Source: Bacteroidota bacterium
GTDB lineage: Bacteria > Bacteroidota > Bacteroidia > Cytophagales > ES-bin-26
Direction: 5' to 3'
NCBI GenBank assembly: GCA_040385915.1
Contig: JAZKGK010000011.1
Coordinates: 555 to 64,554 of the forward strand
DNA: 64,000 bases
Part shown: positions 1 to 9,129 of the stretch, piece by piece
Layout: each line of letters starts with the position of its first letter
Numbering within the stretch: the stretch's first letter is position 1
Position numbers and translations under genes: made by a program
Notes under the pieces: model-generated
What the model was told of the DNA's origin: nothing
What the model saw: the letters and a program-made list of their open reading frames with translations, nothing else
Databases searched by the model: none

Positions 1-1
1 A

Positions 2-199
2 AAGCACTTTTTTACAGTATATTGGCAGGAATTACCCCAGACTCAATGCCACCTTTACTATTATAGCGATGATGCTCGCCAGGCCGCAGACCGAGTTAAG
101 CAGCTGATTAATTTAAACGCTTGCCTACAACAGTTGATTCCAGAATTAGGTGGCAGCTTTCCCCAAAGAAAGAATGAAATTCAACTACATATCAATTAA
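2..199 (+). CDS. 3' end of an unidentified protein-coding gene truncated by the window edge
   Basis: Frame 2 is open from the window edge to TAA at 197-199 (...QAADRVKQLINLNACLQQLIPELGGSFPQRKNEIQLHIN*). No family recognised. Confidence 0.35.
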   Translation, partial: KHFFTVYWQELPQTQCHLYYYSDDARQAADRVKQLINLNACLQQLIPELGGSFPQRKNEIQLHIN

Positions 200-231
200 G
201 GGTGTTGTTGCGCATTATACCAATTAAGGCG

Positions 232-951
232 ATGGCAAGAAGCAAACTGAGCATTCTCTTATTATTGGTGCCCTTCCTCCACTCCTGCCGCGTCGCGCCA
301 GTGCAGTTAGCGCGCATAAATCTGTCCGAGTCATTTTGTCAAAGTTTTGATTTTGAAGGTAGTAAAGAAGAGAAAGGGAAAAACATTAAAATAGTTTTGA
401 CAAAGCTATTAGGGAGTGAAAACTATACCACTTTAGAGAAATTAGCGGCTAACCGTTTAGAAGACATCAAAAATGGCCTTTGCGAATCGTGCGGATCTGC
501 TGTTTTGCAATTGTCTATTGTGCCAAATTCCATAAAATCGAAGCATAAATTTCAGTTTTTTGTCAGTGGCAGTGGGCGGTATTTTATAATCCTGAAAACG
601 GATAACCAGATATATTATACCGCCGATTTTTATTTTTTGGAGGAACACCACGAGTCGGAGGAATTGCAAAGAGGACTGGTAATTATCCGATTCAAGCAAC
701 GACTAATTAACCACCTGGCCATTAGCGCTAATAACATTGATAGTTATAGCAACGACGAAATTATTGAAGTCCATATTAAGATTGACACCTCTCTGGCGAA
801 AAAAGGTATCTACAGTATCGACTACGAAAACCAACACGAAGTCCGGGTAGACAATAAGTTTATTGGCTACCTACGATTTGAGCCGCCTGACGACAAAAAC
901 GATAAATTGATGGATTTGCGAGGCCTCCGATATCTACGCAATCGCTACTGA
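232..951 (+). CDS. putative lipoprotein, no recognisable family
   Basis: ORF 202..951. The internal ATG at 232 gives MARSKLSILLLLVPFLHSC, a signal peptide ending in a lipobox-like LHSC. It is followed by a palindromic terminator. Confidence 0.6.
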   Translation: MARSKLSILLLLVPFLHSCRVAPVQLARINLSESFCQSFDFEGSKEEKGKNIKIVLTKLLGSENYTTLEKLAANRLEDIKNGLCESCGSAVLQLSIVPNSIKSKHKFQFFVSGSGRYFIILKTDNQIYYTADFYFLEEHHESEELQRGLVIIRFKQRLINHLAISANNIDSYSNDEIIEVHIKIDTSLAKKGIYSIDYENQHEVRVDNKFIGYLRFEPPDDKNDKLMDLRGLRYLRNRY

Positions 952-990
952 TGGCACGGCACATCTGGCTGACTAGAATAGCCAATCAAT

Positions 991-1028
991 GCAAAAGCCT
1001 GCTGTATGTACATACAGCAGGCTTTTGC
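991..1028. terminator. bidirectional hairpin terminator between convergent genes
   Basis: GCAAAAGCCTGCTGTATGTACATACAGCAGGCTTTTGC is a perfect 38-nt palindrome lying between the 232..951 (+) and 1115..1375 (-) genes. Confidence 0.7.
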
Positions 1029-1114
1029 ATTGATATAGACAGTGTATTATTATTTCTTGAGCGCCAGACTTTAATAGGCTGCTCACAGACGAATTACTTT
1101 ATGAGCCAATTTGA

Positions 1115-1375
1115 TTATACGGTATCGCTATTACGCTTGTTAAAGTTATTCGCAGCATTTTCGGCTTTTTCGCCGTACTCACTAACCTTTTCACGGGCAG
1201 TATTAAACACATCGGCTAGGCTACTACCGAACTGGTCTTTAAGATCATTGGCTTTATCGATCAGTTTTTTTCTAGCATCTTCGCCCGCGTAGGGGGCTAG
1301 CAAAATACCAGCGGCTACTCCAATAGCAGCACCCATCAAAAAAGTAGCAACTGAATTGTTTTTATCGTTACTCAT
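1115..1375 (-). CDS. YtxH-domain general-stress-type membrane protein
   Basis: MSNDKNNSVATFLMGAAIGVAAGILLAPYAGEDARKKL... has an N-terminal TM helix plus a coiled, charged tail typical of the YtxH family. Confidence 0.8.
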   Translation of the reverse strand: MSNDKNNSVATFLMGAAIGVAAGILLAPYAGEDARKKLIDKANDLKDQFGSSLADVFNTAREKVSEYGEKAENAANNFNKRNSDTV

Positions 1376-1584
1376 GGCTAAAATATTTTAAAGGTTTTTA
1401 CAAGTATGTGTATGAGATGTACTACTCATTGGTTAGCCACTTATACTCGAATTTACTTTCTTAGGTTACATATCAGTAGTAGAGATGCAAGGTATGTCGA
1501 CTAGGGATAACAATAGGCATTAAAACCTAATTGTCTACTTTGCGTAAGCAGACCATAAATCTAAACTCAAAACATTTTCTTATT

Positions 1585-1983
1585 ATGAGCTTCATTATTA
1601 ACTTATTAATCAACGCCGCCATTTTATTTGTAGCAGCTTACATGATGCCAAAAATTACCATCAAAAACTTTGGAACTGCCATTGTAGCGGCCTTGCTCAT
1701 TGGCATACTCAATGCAACAGTGGGTTTCTTTCTGCGTTTGCCACTTGACCTCGTTACATTATTTATGCTCCGTTTTGTAGTCCGGTTACTCGTAACGGCT
1801 GTTGTTATCAAATTGGTAGATAAATTAATGAGCGGTTTTGAGGTACAAGGCTTTGTACCCGCCTTGGTACTGGCCTTAATTATGGCCATTGCAGGCTCTT
1901 TCACTGACCGCACGCATTCCAATCGTCGGTATAGCGAAACGAATACGACCGTAGTGCAACCGCTAGCGGAAGCTATCAGATAA
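1585..1983 (+). CDS. DUF360 / phage-holin-family-4-like membrane protein
   Basis: ORF 1531..1983. The likely start is MSFIINLLINAAILFVAAYMMPKITIKNFGTAIVAALLIGILNATVGFFLR, a multi-TM pattern of the DUF360 family. It is divergent from the ytxH-like gene. Confidence 0.75.
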   Translation: MSFIINLLINAAILFVAAYMMPKITIKNFGTAIVAALLIGILNATVGFFLRLPLDLVTLFMLRFVVRLLVTAVVIKLVDKLMSGFEVQGFVPALVLALIMAIAGSFTDRTHSNRRYSETNTTVVQPLAEAIR

Positions 1984-2023
1984 TAATTCATCTAGCCCTG
2001 ACATTATCACTTCCGGGTTCTTT

Positions 2024-2164
2024 TTAGGCCAACAACCAACGGCGGGCTTCTTCCATATTATCGAAGAAGCAATTTTCTAAGTCTTCGGTTTCGTTCAGGC
2101 TACCAATACCCTTTTTCACGGTCAATTCGCCAAAAATATTTTTTGATAAAACGATGGCCGAACG
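2024..2164 (-). pseudogene. possible gene remnant (C-terminal 46 codons only, no credible start)
   Basis: The minus-strand frame reads RSAIVLSKNIFGELTVKKGIGSLNETEDLENCFFDNMEEARRWLLA*. It is bounded upstream by an in-frame TGA at 2165-2167 and has no ATG. The upstream end abuts a structured inverted repeat. Confidence 0.2.
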
Positions 2165-2311
2165 TCATTCCAACAGATTGCTTCGCGAAGGGCTCCCAAT
2201 GACGCGATCGACTACTTACCCAGGACAATTAGTCGTATCCTGCCATTGCGCCCTATCGCCTTTTGAAAAAAATCGATAGGGCGTAATAACGAGCTTCCAA
2301 AACAGCACATT

Positions 2312-2348
2312 AAAAAAGGCCGCCAGTGAAATACTGACGGCCTTTTTT
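2312..2348. terminator. rho-independent terminator downstream of lpdA (bidirectional shape)
   Basis: A6-GGCCGCCAGT-gaaat-ACTGACGGCC-T6: a 10-bp stem with one mismatch, flanked by A and T runs. Confidence 0.75.
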
Positions 2349-2361
2349 ATAAAACCAAAAT

Positions 2362-2393
2362 AGCTGATGGCTGACTGCTGAAAGCCATTAGCT
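2362..2393. repeat. stop-triplet-word hairpin immediately after the lpdA stop
   Basis: AGCTGATGGCT-gactgctgaa-AGCCATTAGCT: 11-bp arms with one G-T/A-C position. It shares the string AGCTGATG.GCTGA with the sdhA-sdhB hairpin. Confidence 0.5.
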
Positions 2394-2398
2394 AAAAA

Positions 2399-3793
2399 CT
2401 AAATATGAATCACTTCGCCATAGGCAGCAGCGGCAGCTTCCATAATGGCTTCTGACATAGTGGGGTGCGGGTGAATCGACTTAATGATTTCGTGCCCGGT
2501 CGTTTCGAGACGGCGAGCCACAACTACTTCGGCAATCAACTCAGTCACATTGGCACCAATCATGTGTGCTCCCAGCCATTCGCCGTACTTCGCATCGAAA
2601 ATCACCTTTACAAAGCCTTCTTTTGCTCCGGCAGCACTCGCCTTACCCGAAGCCGAAAAAGGGAATTTACCTACTTTGATTTCGTAACCAGCCTCAATCG
2701 CCTGTTTCTCGGTATAACCCACCGACGCGATTTCTGGTTGGCAATACGTACAACCAGGAATGTTATTATAGTTAATAGGCTCTGGGTGATGGCCTGCAAT
2801 CTTCTCTACACAAGTAATCCCTTCGGCAGAAGCAACGTGCGCCAAAGCAGGGCCTTTTACGATGTCGCCAATGGCATATACGCCAGCGACGTTGGTTCGG
2901 TAGTATTCATCTACCACCACCTGGCCTCTGTTTACCGCCACACCTAAGTCTTCCAGTCCGATGCCTTCCAGGTTAGTAGATACGCCCACGGCTGACAATA
3001 CAATGTCGCAATCGATGAATTCTTCTCCAGTCTGGGTTTTCACTTTTACTTTACAGCCCGTGCCGCTCGTATCCACCGCTTCTACCGAAGAGTTAACCAT
3101 AATACTAATGCCAGCTTTCTTGTAGCTTCTTTCCAGTAATTTAGATACTTCCTCGTCTTCATTGGGTACAACGCGGGGCAAAAACTCTACGATAGTCACT
3201 TTCGTGCCAATGGAATTGTAGAAGTACGCGAATTCCATTCCGATAGCACCCGAACCTACAATGACCATCGAAGCAGGTTGCTTCTCCAGCGACATCGCCT
3301 TGCGGTAACCAATAATCTTTTGGTTGTCAATTTTCAAGTTGGGCAGTTCGCGGGCGCGTCCACCAGTAGCCAGAATAATATGTTTGGCTTCGTAGATAGT
3401 GGTTTCACCTTTGCTGTTCTTCACTTCTACTTTGGGGCCTTTCACTAATTTGCCAAATCCTTCAATGGCGGTAATTTGATTTTTCTTGAATAAAAATTGA
3501 ATCCCTTTGCTCATGCCAGCCGCTACATCTCGACTACGTTTCACTACGCCAGCAAAATCTACTTTTGAATCTTTCACATCAATGCCGTAATCTTTGGCAT
3601 GTTGGATGTAGTCAAATACTTGGGCACTCTTCAGTAAAGCTTTCGTAGGAATACAGCCCCAGTTCAGACAAATCCCGCCCAATTCGGCTACCTCCACTAC
3701 GCCTACTTTCATGCCCAGTTGAGAGGCACGAATGGCTGCTACGTACCCGCCTGGGCCGCTTCCAATTACAATCAAATCAAATTGTACAGACAT
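2399..3793 (-). CDS. lpdA: dihydrolipoyl dehydrogenase (E3)
   Basis: ORF 2399..3859 trimmed to MSVQFDLIVIGSGPGGYVAAIRASQLG (FAD GxGxxG). The redox-active CLNWGCIPTK motif and the C-terminal HPHPTMSE interface motif are present. Confidence 0.93.
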   Translation of the reverse strand: MSVQFDLIVIGSGPGGYVAAIRASQLGMKVGVVEVAELGGICLNWGCIPTKALLKSAQVFDYIQHAKDYGIDVKDSKVDFAGVVKRSRDVAAGMSKGIQFLFKKNQITAIEGFGKLVKGPKVEVKNSKGETTIYEAKHIILATGGRARELPNLKIDNQKIIGYRKAMSLEKQPASMVIVGSGAIGMEFAYFYNSIGTKVTIVEFLPRVVPNEDEEVSKLLERSYKKAGISIMVNSSVEAVDTSGTGCKVKVKTQTGEEFIDCDIVLSAVGVSTNLEGIGLEDLGVAVNRGQVVVDEYYRTNVAGVYAIGDIVKGPALAHVASAEGITCVEKIAGHHPEPINYNNIPGCTYCQPEIASVGYTEKQAIEAGYEIKVGKFPFSASGKASAAGAKEGFVKVIFDAKYGEWLGAHMIGANVTELIAEVVVARRLETTGHEIIKSIHPHPTMSEAIMEAAAAAYGEVIHI

Positions 3794-3830
3794 AAATCGT
3801 GGTTGGTTGTTCGTTAAGTAGTTATTGTCG

Positions 3831-3859
3831 CAAAAATAGGAACAATGCACAATAAACAA
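3831..3859 (-). promoter_or_regulatory. candidate Bacteroidota-type promoter for lpdA
   Basis: The minus strand reads TTG-N18-TATTTTTG (the -7 box TAnnTTTG is at 3831-3838), about 38 nt upstream of the ATG at 3793. Confidence 0.45.
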
Positions 3860-4047
3860 TAATCATTTAACAATGAACATTTAACCCGGCACAGCTCACC
3901 GGACGATTCCCGCATATGATGGAATGAAATGGGAGAACCGTTCGATGGGGAACGAAATAAGCAGTGCCAAGGCTAACGTTAATAATAGTTTATTGAAAAA
4001 CGGGTAGATTTACCAGCTAAATTTATTGCATAACTAATCTATAAACT

Positions 4048-5125
4048 ATGACGACAGATCAGCTAAAAGATCTGAAAGCGAGAGTATCCGCTTTGAGGGG
4101 GTATCTTTGACTACGATAACAAACAGTTAGCGATAGAAGAACTGGAACAAAAGACGCAAAATCCTGCCTTTTGGGATAATCCAAAGCAAGCCGAAGCCAT
4201 CTTAAAAGAGATTAAAACACTGAAGCTTTGGACTGGCGGCTACGATCAAGTCGAGACGTTGTTTTCTGATCTGGAAACACTCTACGAATTCTACGAAGCC
4301 GGAGATGTGGATGAAACCGAATTAAAGGCCGAATACACCAAGGTGCAGAAAGTAGTAGAGGAAATGGAATTTAAGAAAATGCTCAGCAACGAGGAAGATC
4401 AGCTGAGTGCAATTCTGGAAATTAATCCTGGTGCTGGTGGTACCGAAAGCCAGGACTGGGCCGAAATGCTGATGCGCATGTATATTATGTGGAGCGAAAA
4501 GCACGGCTATGCAGTGAAAGAAATTAATTATCAGGCTGGCGACGGTGCGGGTATCAAATCGGCTACGCTGGAAATCGGTGGTGATTTTGCTTATGGATAC
4601 CTCAAATCAGAGATCGGTGTACACCGCCTAGTGCGGATTTCGCCTTTCGATTCCAATGCTCGCCGACATACCTCCTTCGCCTCCATCTTTGTATACCCAG
4701 TTGTAGACGATACCATTGAAATAGAAATAAATCCCGCTGACATAGAATGGGATACCTTTCGGTCGAGTGGTGCGGGTGGTCAGAACGTAAATAAAGTAGA
4801 AACTGCCGTGCGGGTACGTCACTTTCCCTCGGGCATCGTTATTGAATGCCAGCAGCAGCGGTCACAGTTACAAAACCGCGAAAAGGCATTGCAGATGTTG
4901 AAATCCCGCCTTTATCAAATTGAGGTAGAAAAGAAAAACGAAGCCCGGGCGGTTATTGAAAGCACCAAGAAGCGGATTGAGTTTGGCTCACAAATCCGTA
5001 ATTATGTGATGCACCCTTATAAGCTGGTCAAAGACCTCCGAACAGGCGTAGAACGTTCCGACGTCCAGAACGTAATGGATGGCGACATTGACGAGTATAT
5101 AAAGGCCTACCTGATGGAGCAATAA
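4048..5125 (+). CDS. prfB: peptide chain release factor 2, requires +1 programmed frameshift: join(4048..4107,4109..5125)
   Basis: Frame 0 ([20 protein letters not shown]) stops at TGA 4108-4110. The +1 frame continues ([16 protein letters not shown]...) into ORF 4259..5125, which carries the SPF (RISPFDS) and GGQ ([10 protein letters not shown]) motifs. Confidence 0.95.
4096..4111 (+). other. prfB +1 frameshift site
   Basis: AGGGGG TAT CTT TGA C: an internal SD-like element, 3-nt spacer, CTT slippery codon, and an in-frame TGA followed by C. Confidence 0.9.
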
Positions 5126-5158
5126 CGAAATCCCAATACTTCACCCCTACCTATCCTC

Positions 5159-6418
5159 ATGAAAGTATTCAAATTTGGCGGAGCTTCGGTAAAAGATGCC
5201 TCAGCCGTGAAGAATATGGCTGGCATTGTTCTGCCCTATGCCACCAAGCAACCCATATTGGTAGTAGTATCGGCGATGGGAAAAACCACCAATGCCTTAG
5301 AAAAATTGCTGGACGATTGGCTCGACCAACAACAGTATGCCGACAATCTGAATCATTTGAAAGCTTATCACCTGCAAATAGCACAAGATTTATTTCCTGC
5401 CAATGGAGCAGCCATTTTTCAGCAACTAGAAGCTTCTTTTATTCAATTGGAGCATTTGGTAACGCATGCCAGTAAAGAAAAGTATGACGAAGATTACGAT
5501 CAGGTGGTTGGAATGGGCGAAGTAATCTCTACCTACCTGGTGTCTGCCTATCTACAACAGACAGGCATTGCTTGCCAGTGGCTGGACGCCCGCGAATTTA
5601 TTCGAACCGATACCCGCTGGCGCGAGGGGAAAGTAGATTGGGATTGGAGTGAGAAGCTTATCACCAAGGAAGTGCTCCCTCTGCTAAGTATGCATTCAGT
5701 CGTTACTCAAGGTTTTATTGGCGGTACTGTAGGGAAGAAAACCACCACGCTTGGTCGGGAAGGCTCCGACTATAGTGCGGCCATCTTTGCTTATTGTCTG
5801 AAAGCCGAATCGCTTACGATCTGGAAGGACGTGCCAGGCATCTTAAATGCCGATCCTAAGCTAGTCGAAGAGACTCATTTATATCCACAGCTTTCGTATA
5901 ATGAAGCTGCCGAGATGACTTATTACGGCGCTACAGTTATTCACCCCAAAACGATAAAGCCGCTCGCTAATCGAAAAATCCCTCTATATGTCCGTTCGTT
6001 CATTCATCCAGCATCCATAGGAACTCAAATAAGCGATGCGAAGCTGGACTATATCATTCCTGCCATCATATTTAAGCCTCACCAGTGCCTCATCTCATTC
6101 GGCGTAAGGGATTTTACGTTTATTACAGAGAAAAATCTGAGCACCATTCTACACGCGCTGGCAAACCTGAACATCAAAATAAACATGATGCAGAACTCAG
6201 CCATCTCTTTTTCTATTTGCACCGATCAACAAAGCCGAAGAATTATAGCCTTGAAAGAATCTCTTCAAGATGACTTTGCTATTTATTTCAACGAAAATTT
6301 ACAGTTAATTACAGTAAAGCATTACGATGAGGCCACTATTCAACAGGTAATTGACCGCAAGGAAATTTTGCTGGAGCAAAAAACCCGGCATACCTTTCAG
6401 GTATTAGTACGGGAATAA
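5159..6418 (+). CDS. lysC: aspartate kinase (monofunctional)
   Basis: MKVFKFGGASVKDASAVKNM..., GREGSDYSAAIFA, and a C-terminal ACT-like region. It lies 33 nt after prfB, so there is no room for a leader or riboswitch. Confidence 0.9.
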   Translation: MKVFKFGGASVKDASAVKNMAGIVLPYATKQPILVVVSAMGKTTNALEKLLDDWLDQQQYADNLNHLKAYHLQIAQDLFPANGAAIFQQLEASFIQLEHLVTHASKEKYDEDYDQVVGMGEVISTYLVSAYLQQTGIACQWLDAREFIRTDTRWREGKVDWDWSEKLITKEVLPLLSMHSVVTQGFIGGTVGKKTTTLGREGSDYSAAIFAYCLKAESLTIWKDVPGILNADPKLVEETHLYPQLSYNEAAEMTYYGATVIHPKTIKPLANRKIPLYVRSFIHPASIGTQISDAKLDYIIPAIIFKPHQCLISFGVRDFTFITEKNLSTILHALANLNIKINMMQNSAISFSICTDQQSRRIIALKESLQDDFAIYFNENLQLITVKHYDEATIQQVIDRKEILLEQKTRHTFQVLVRE

Positions 6419-6475
6419 GTAATGAGACCTTCCGCTAGCCAAAAATTAAAAATACAGTATCTAAAGCCATCTAAA

Positions 6476-6949
6476 CTATAGTGAGTCTTTGATCAGACAA
6501 TTAATCAAAGCGTGATTACAGCGCTCTAACATTTGATATACTTCTTCAAATCCATCAATACCACCATAATACGGATCAGGCACGTTTCCATCACCAGACA
6601 CTGGGTCAAAGTCTCTTATCAGCATTATTTTACCAGCACTTTCATTGGGATAGCTTAATGTAAGAATGTCGGCCAAGTTGGCCTTGTCCATGGCCAAAAT
6701 AAAATCAAATTTTGCAATGTCTTCTTTAACTATCTGTCGCGCTGTATGACCAAGGTGAATTTGATGCTTATACGCCGTTTGTTGCATTCTTTTATCAGGC
6801 CATTCCCCTACATGATAACCCTCAGTACCCGCCGAATCGCACTTCATCACTTTTTGCAATTTTTTTTTCAAAATTATATCGTTAAATATGCCTTCTGCCA
6901 TAGGCGATCGACAAATATTTCCTAAGCAGACAAACAAAACTTTAACCAT
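6476..6949 (-). CDS. low-molecular-weight protein-tyrosine phosphatase
   Basis: VLFVCLGNICRSPMAEG (CX5R-S P-loop) and the DPYYG motif. Confidence 0.9.
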   Translation of the reverse strand: MVKVLFVCLGNICRSPMAEGIFNDIILKKKLQKVMKCDSAGTEGYHVGEWPDKRMQQTAYKHQIHLGHTARQIVKEDIAKFDFILAMDKANLADILTLSYPNESAGKIMLIRDFDPVSGDGNVPDPYYGGIDGFEEVYQMLERCNHALINCLIKDSL

Positions 6950-7037
6950 ATCAACTTAAATTATTATATTTCTTAATAATGTATTACTTGCTTATGGATA
7001 AAGACCAGCTAGCATTTCGCCAGTGTTATTGTTTAAA

Positions 7038-7045
7038 CAAATATA
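7038..7045 (-). promoter_or_regulatory. possible -7 box (TATATTTG) upstream of the phosphatase gene
   Basis: This is a TAnnTTTG match on the minus strand about 90 nt upstream of the ATG at 6949. No -33 TTG sits at the expected spacing, and the AT-rich context makes chance matches likely. Confidence 0.25.
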
Positions 7046-7075
7046 AAAATTGAATGTATCTGTAATATTTGATGT

Positions 7076-7111
7076 ATATTTGACACCAAAAAGCTATTTT
7101 TTGTCAAATAT
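7076..7111. promoter_or_regulatory. inverted repeat ATATTTGACA-N16-TGTCAAATAT, candidate operator
   Basis: 10-bp perfect arms, with a third direct copy of ATATTTGA at 7065-7072. It sits in an AT-rich intergenic region and overlaps a plus-strand TATATTTG at 7075-7082. Confidence 0.3.
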
Positions 7112-7174
7112 TTATACTTATTTCGTATCGTATTCCTATACCGCCTAATAATCCTGATTGATTCCTTTTCAATT

Positions 7175-7408
7175 ATGAGCACAAGTAATAATAATTTATC
7201 ATTTACCTTAAAGGTTTTTCTTCTCTTATCCTTATTGATATTAGAGAGTTTCTATCAAAGGATAATGCTGCAAAATAAAAGAGCGAGTAACACTACTCGC
7301 CCTACCCTTATCCACGAAAAGCAATTCGATTATTCTCCAATACGGAGTAGCTTTGTAAGTGATACCACTACGTTTCTTCAATTGACCGATCGAAAGGCTG
7401 TCAACTAA
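7175..7408 (+). CDS. doubtful 77-aa ORF (one hydrophobic segment)
   Basis: It has only ORF-level support, low-complexity composition, and a minus-strand terminator embedded inside it. A TAnnTTTG match lies about 93 nt upstream. Confidence 0.2.
   Translation: MSTSNNNLSFTLKVFLLLSLLILESFYQRIMLQNKRASNTTRPTLIHEKQFDYSPIRSSFVSDTTTFLQLTDRKAVN
7272..7300 (-). terminator. rho-independent terminator for the eno-ftsB-like transcription unit
   Basis: The minus strand reads GCGAGTA-gtgt-TACTCGC followed by TCTTTTATTTT. Confidence 0.6.
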
Positions 7409-7413
7409 CCCGC

Positions 7414-7722
7414 TTACTCAAGAGGAGTATTATTTTCGTCTACTGTTACAAATACTTCCTCGGTATTCTTCTTCATCAAATATTTTTCCCTGGCAAACTT
7501 TTCTAAAAGCTTTGTATTACTCAACAATTCCTTTCTGTCCTTCTTTACTTCTTCTGCTTTTTCCAGATAATACGCTTTTTCAGCCTCTAAATTTTTTAGC
7601 TTTCTGCTCATCTGGAATTGAGAAATAAAATCATTCGTATCGAATAATAACATCCACATCAGAAAAGCAAAGCCAGTAATAACATAAAAGTTACGACTGA
7701 ACTTCCACAAAATATTTCTCAT
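7414..7722 (-). CDS. septum formation initiator family protein (FtsB/DivIC-like)
   Basis: N-terminal TM helix (FYVITGFAFLMWMLLF) plus a coiled coil (KLKNLEAEKAYYLEKAEEVKKDRKELL). It occupies the conserved position downstream of eno. Confidence 0.8.
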   Translation of the reverse strand: MRNILWKFSRNFYVITGFAFLMWMLLFDTNDFISQFQMSRKLKNLEAEKAYYLEKAEEVKKDRKELLSNTKLLEKFAREKYLMKKNTEEVFVTVDENNTPLE

Positions 7723-7789
7723 AGGCTTAAGCTAAAAACAAATTGTTCCTCTACAAAGCCTGAATAGCCTTATAGAGGAACAACTTAAT

Positions 7790-9085
<1,296 letters not shown>

Positions 9086-9129
9086 TTAGTTTAAATATTA
9101 ATTCTAATTTGAATAATTAGCCTATCAGT

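Noticed and set aside
951-1292. 113-aa plus-strand ORF
   Set aside because: It runs through the palindromic terminator and is antisense to the ytxH-like gene. No signals support it.
2465-2947. 160-aa plus-strand ORF (and 2484..2687) inside lpdA
   Set aside because: It is antisense to a confidently identified, full-length lpdA. The sequence is low-complexity with no motifs, a typical shadow ORF.
7307-7315. TTATCCACG, an 8/9 match to the DnaA box consensus
   Set aside because: It is a single isolated copy with no cluster, no adjacent dnaA and no AT-rich unwinding element arrangement. It is most likely chance. dnaN at 57969 also has no DnaA-box cluster nearby.
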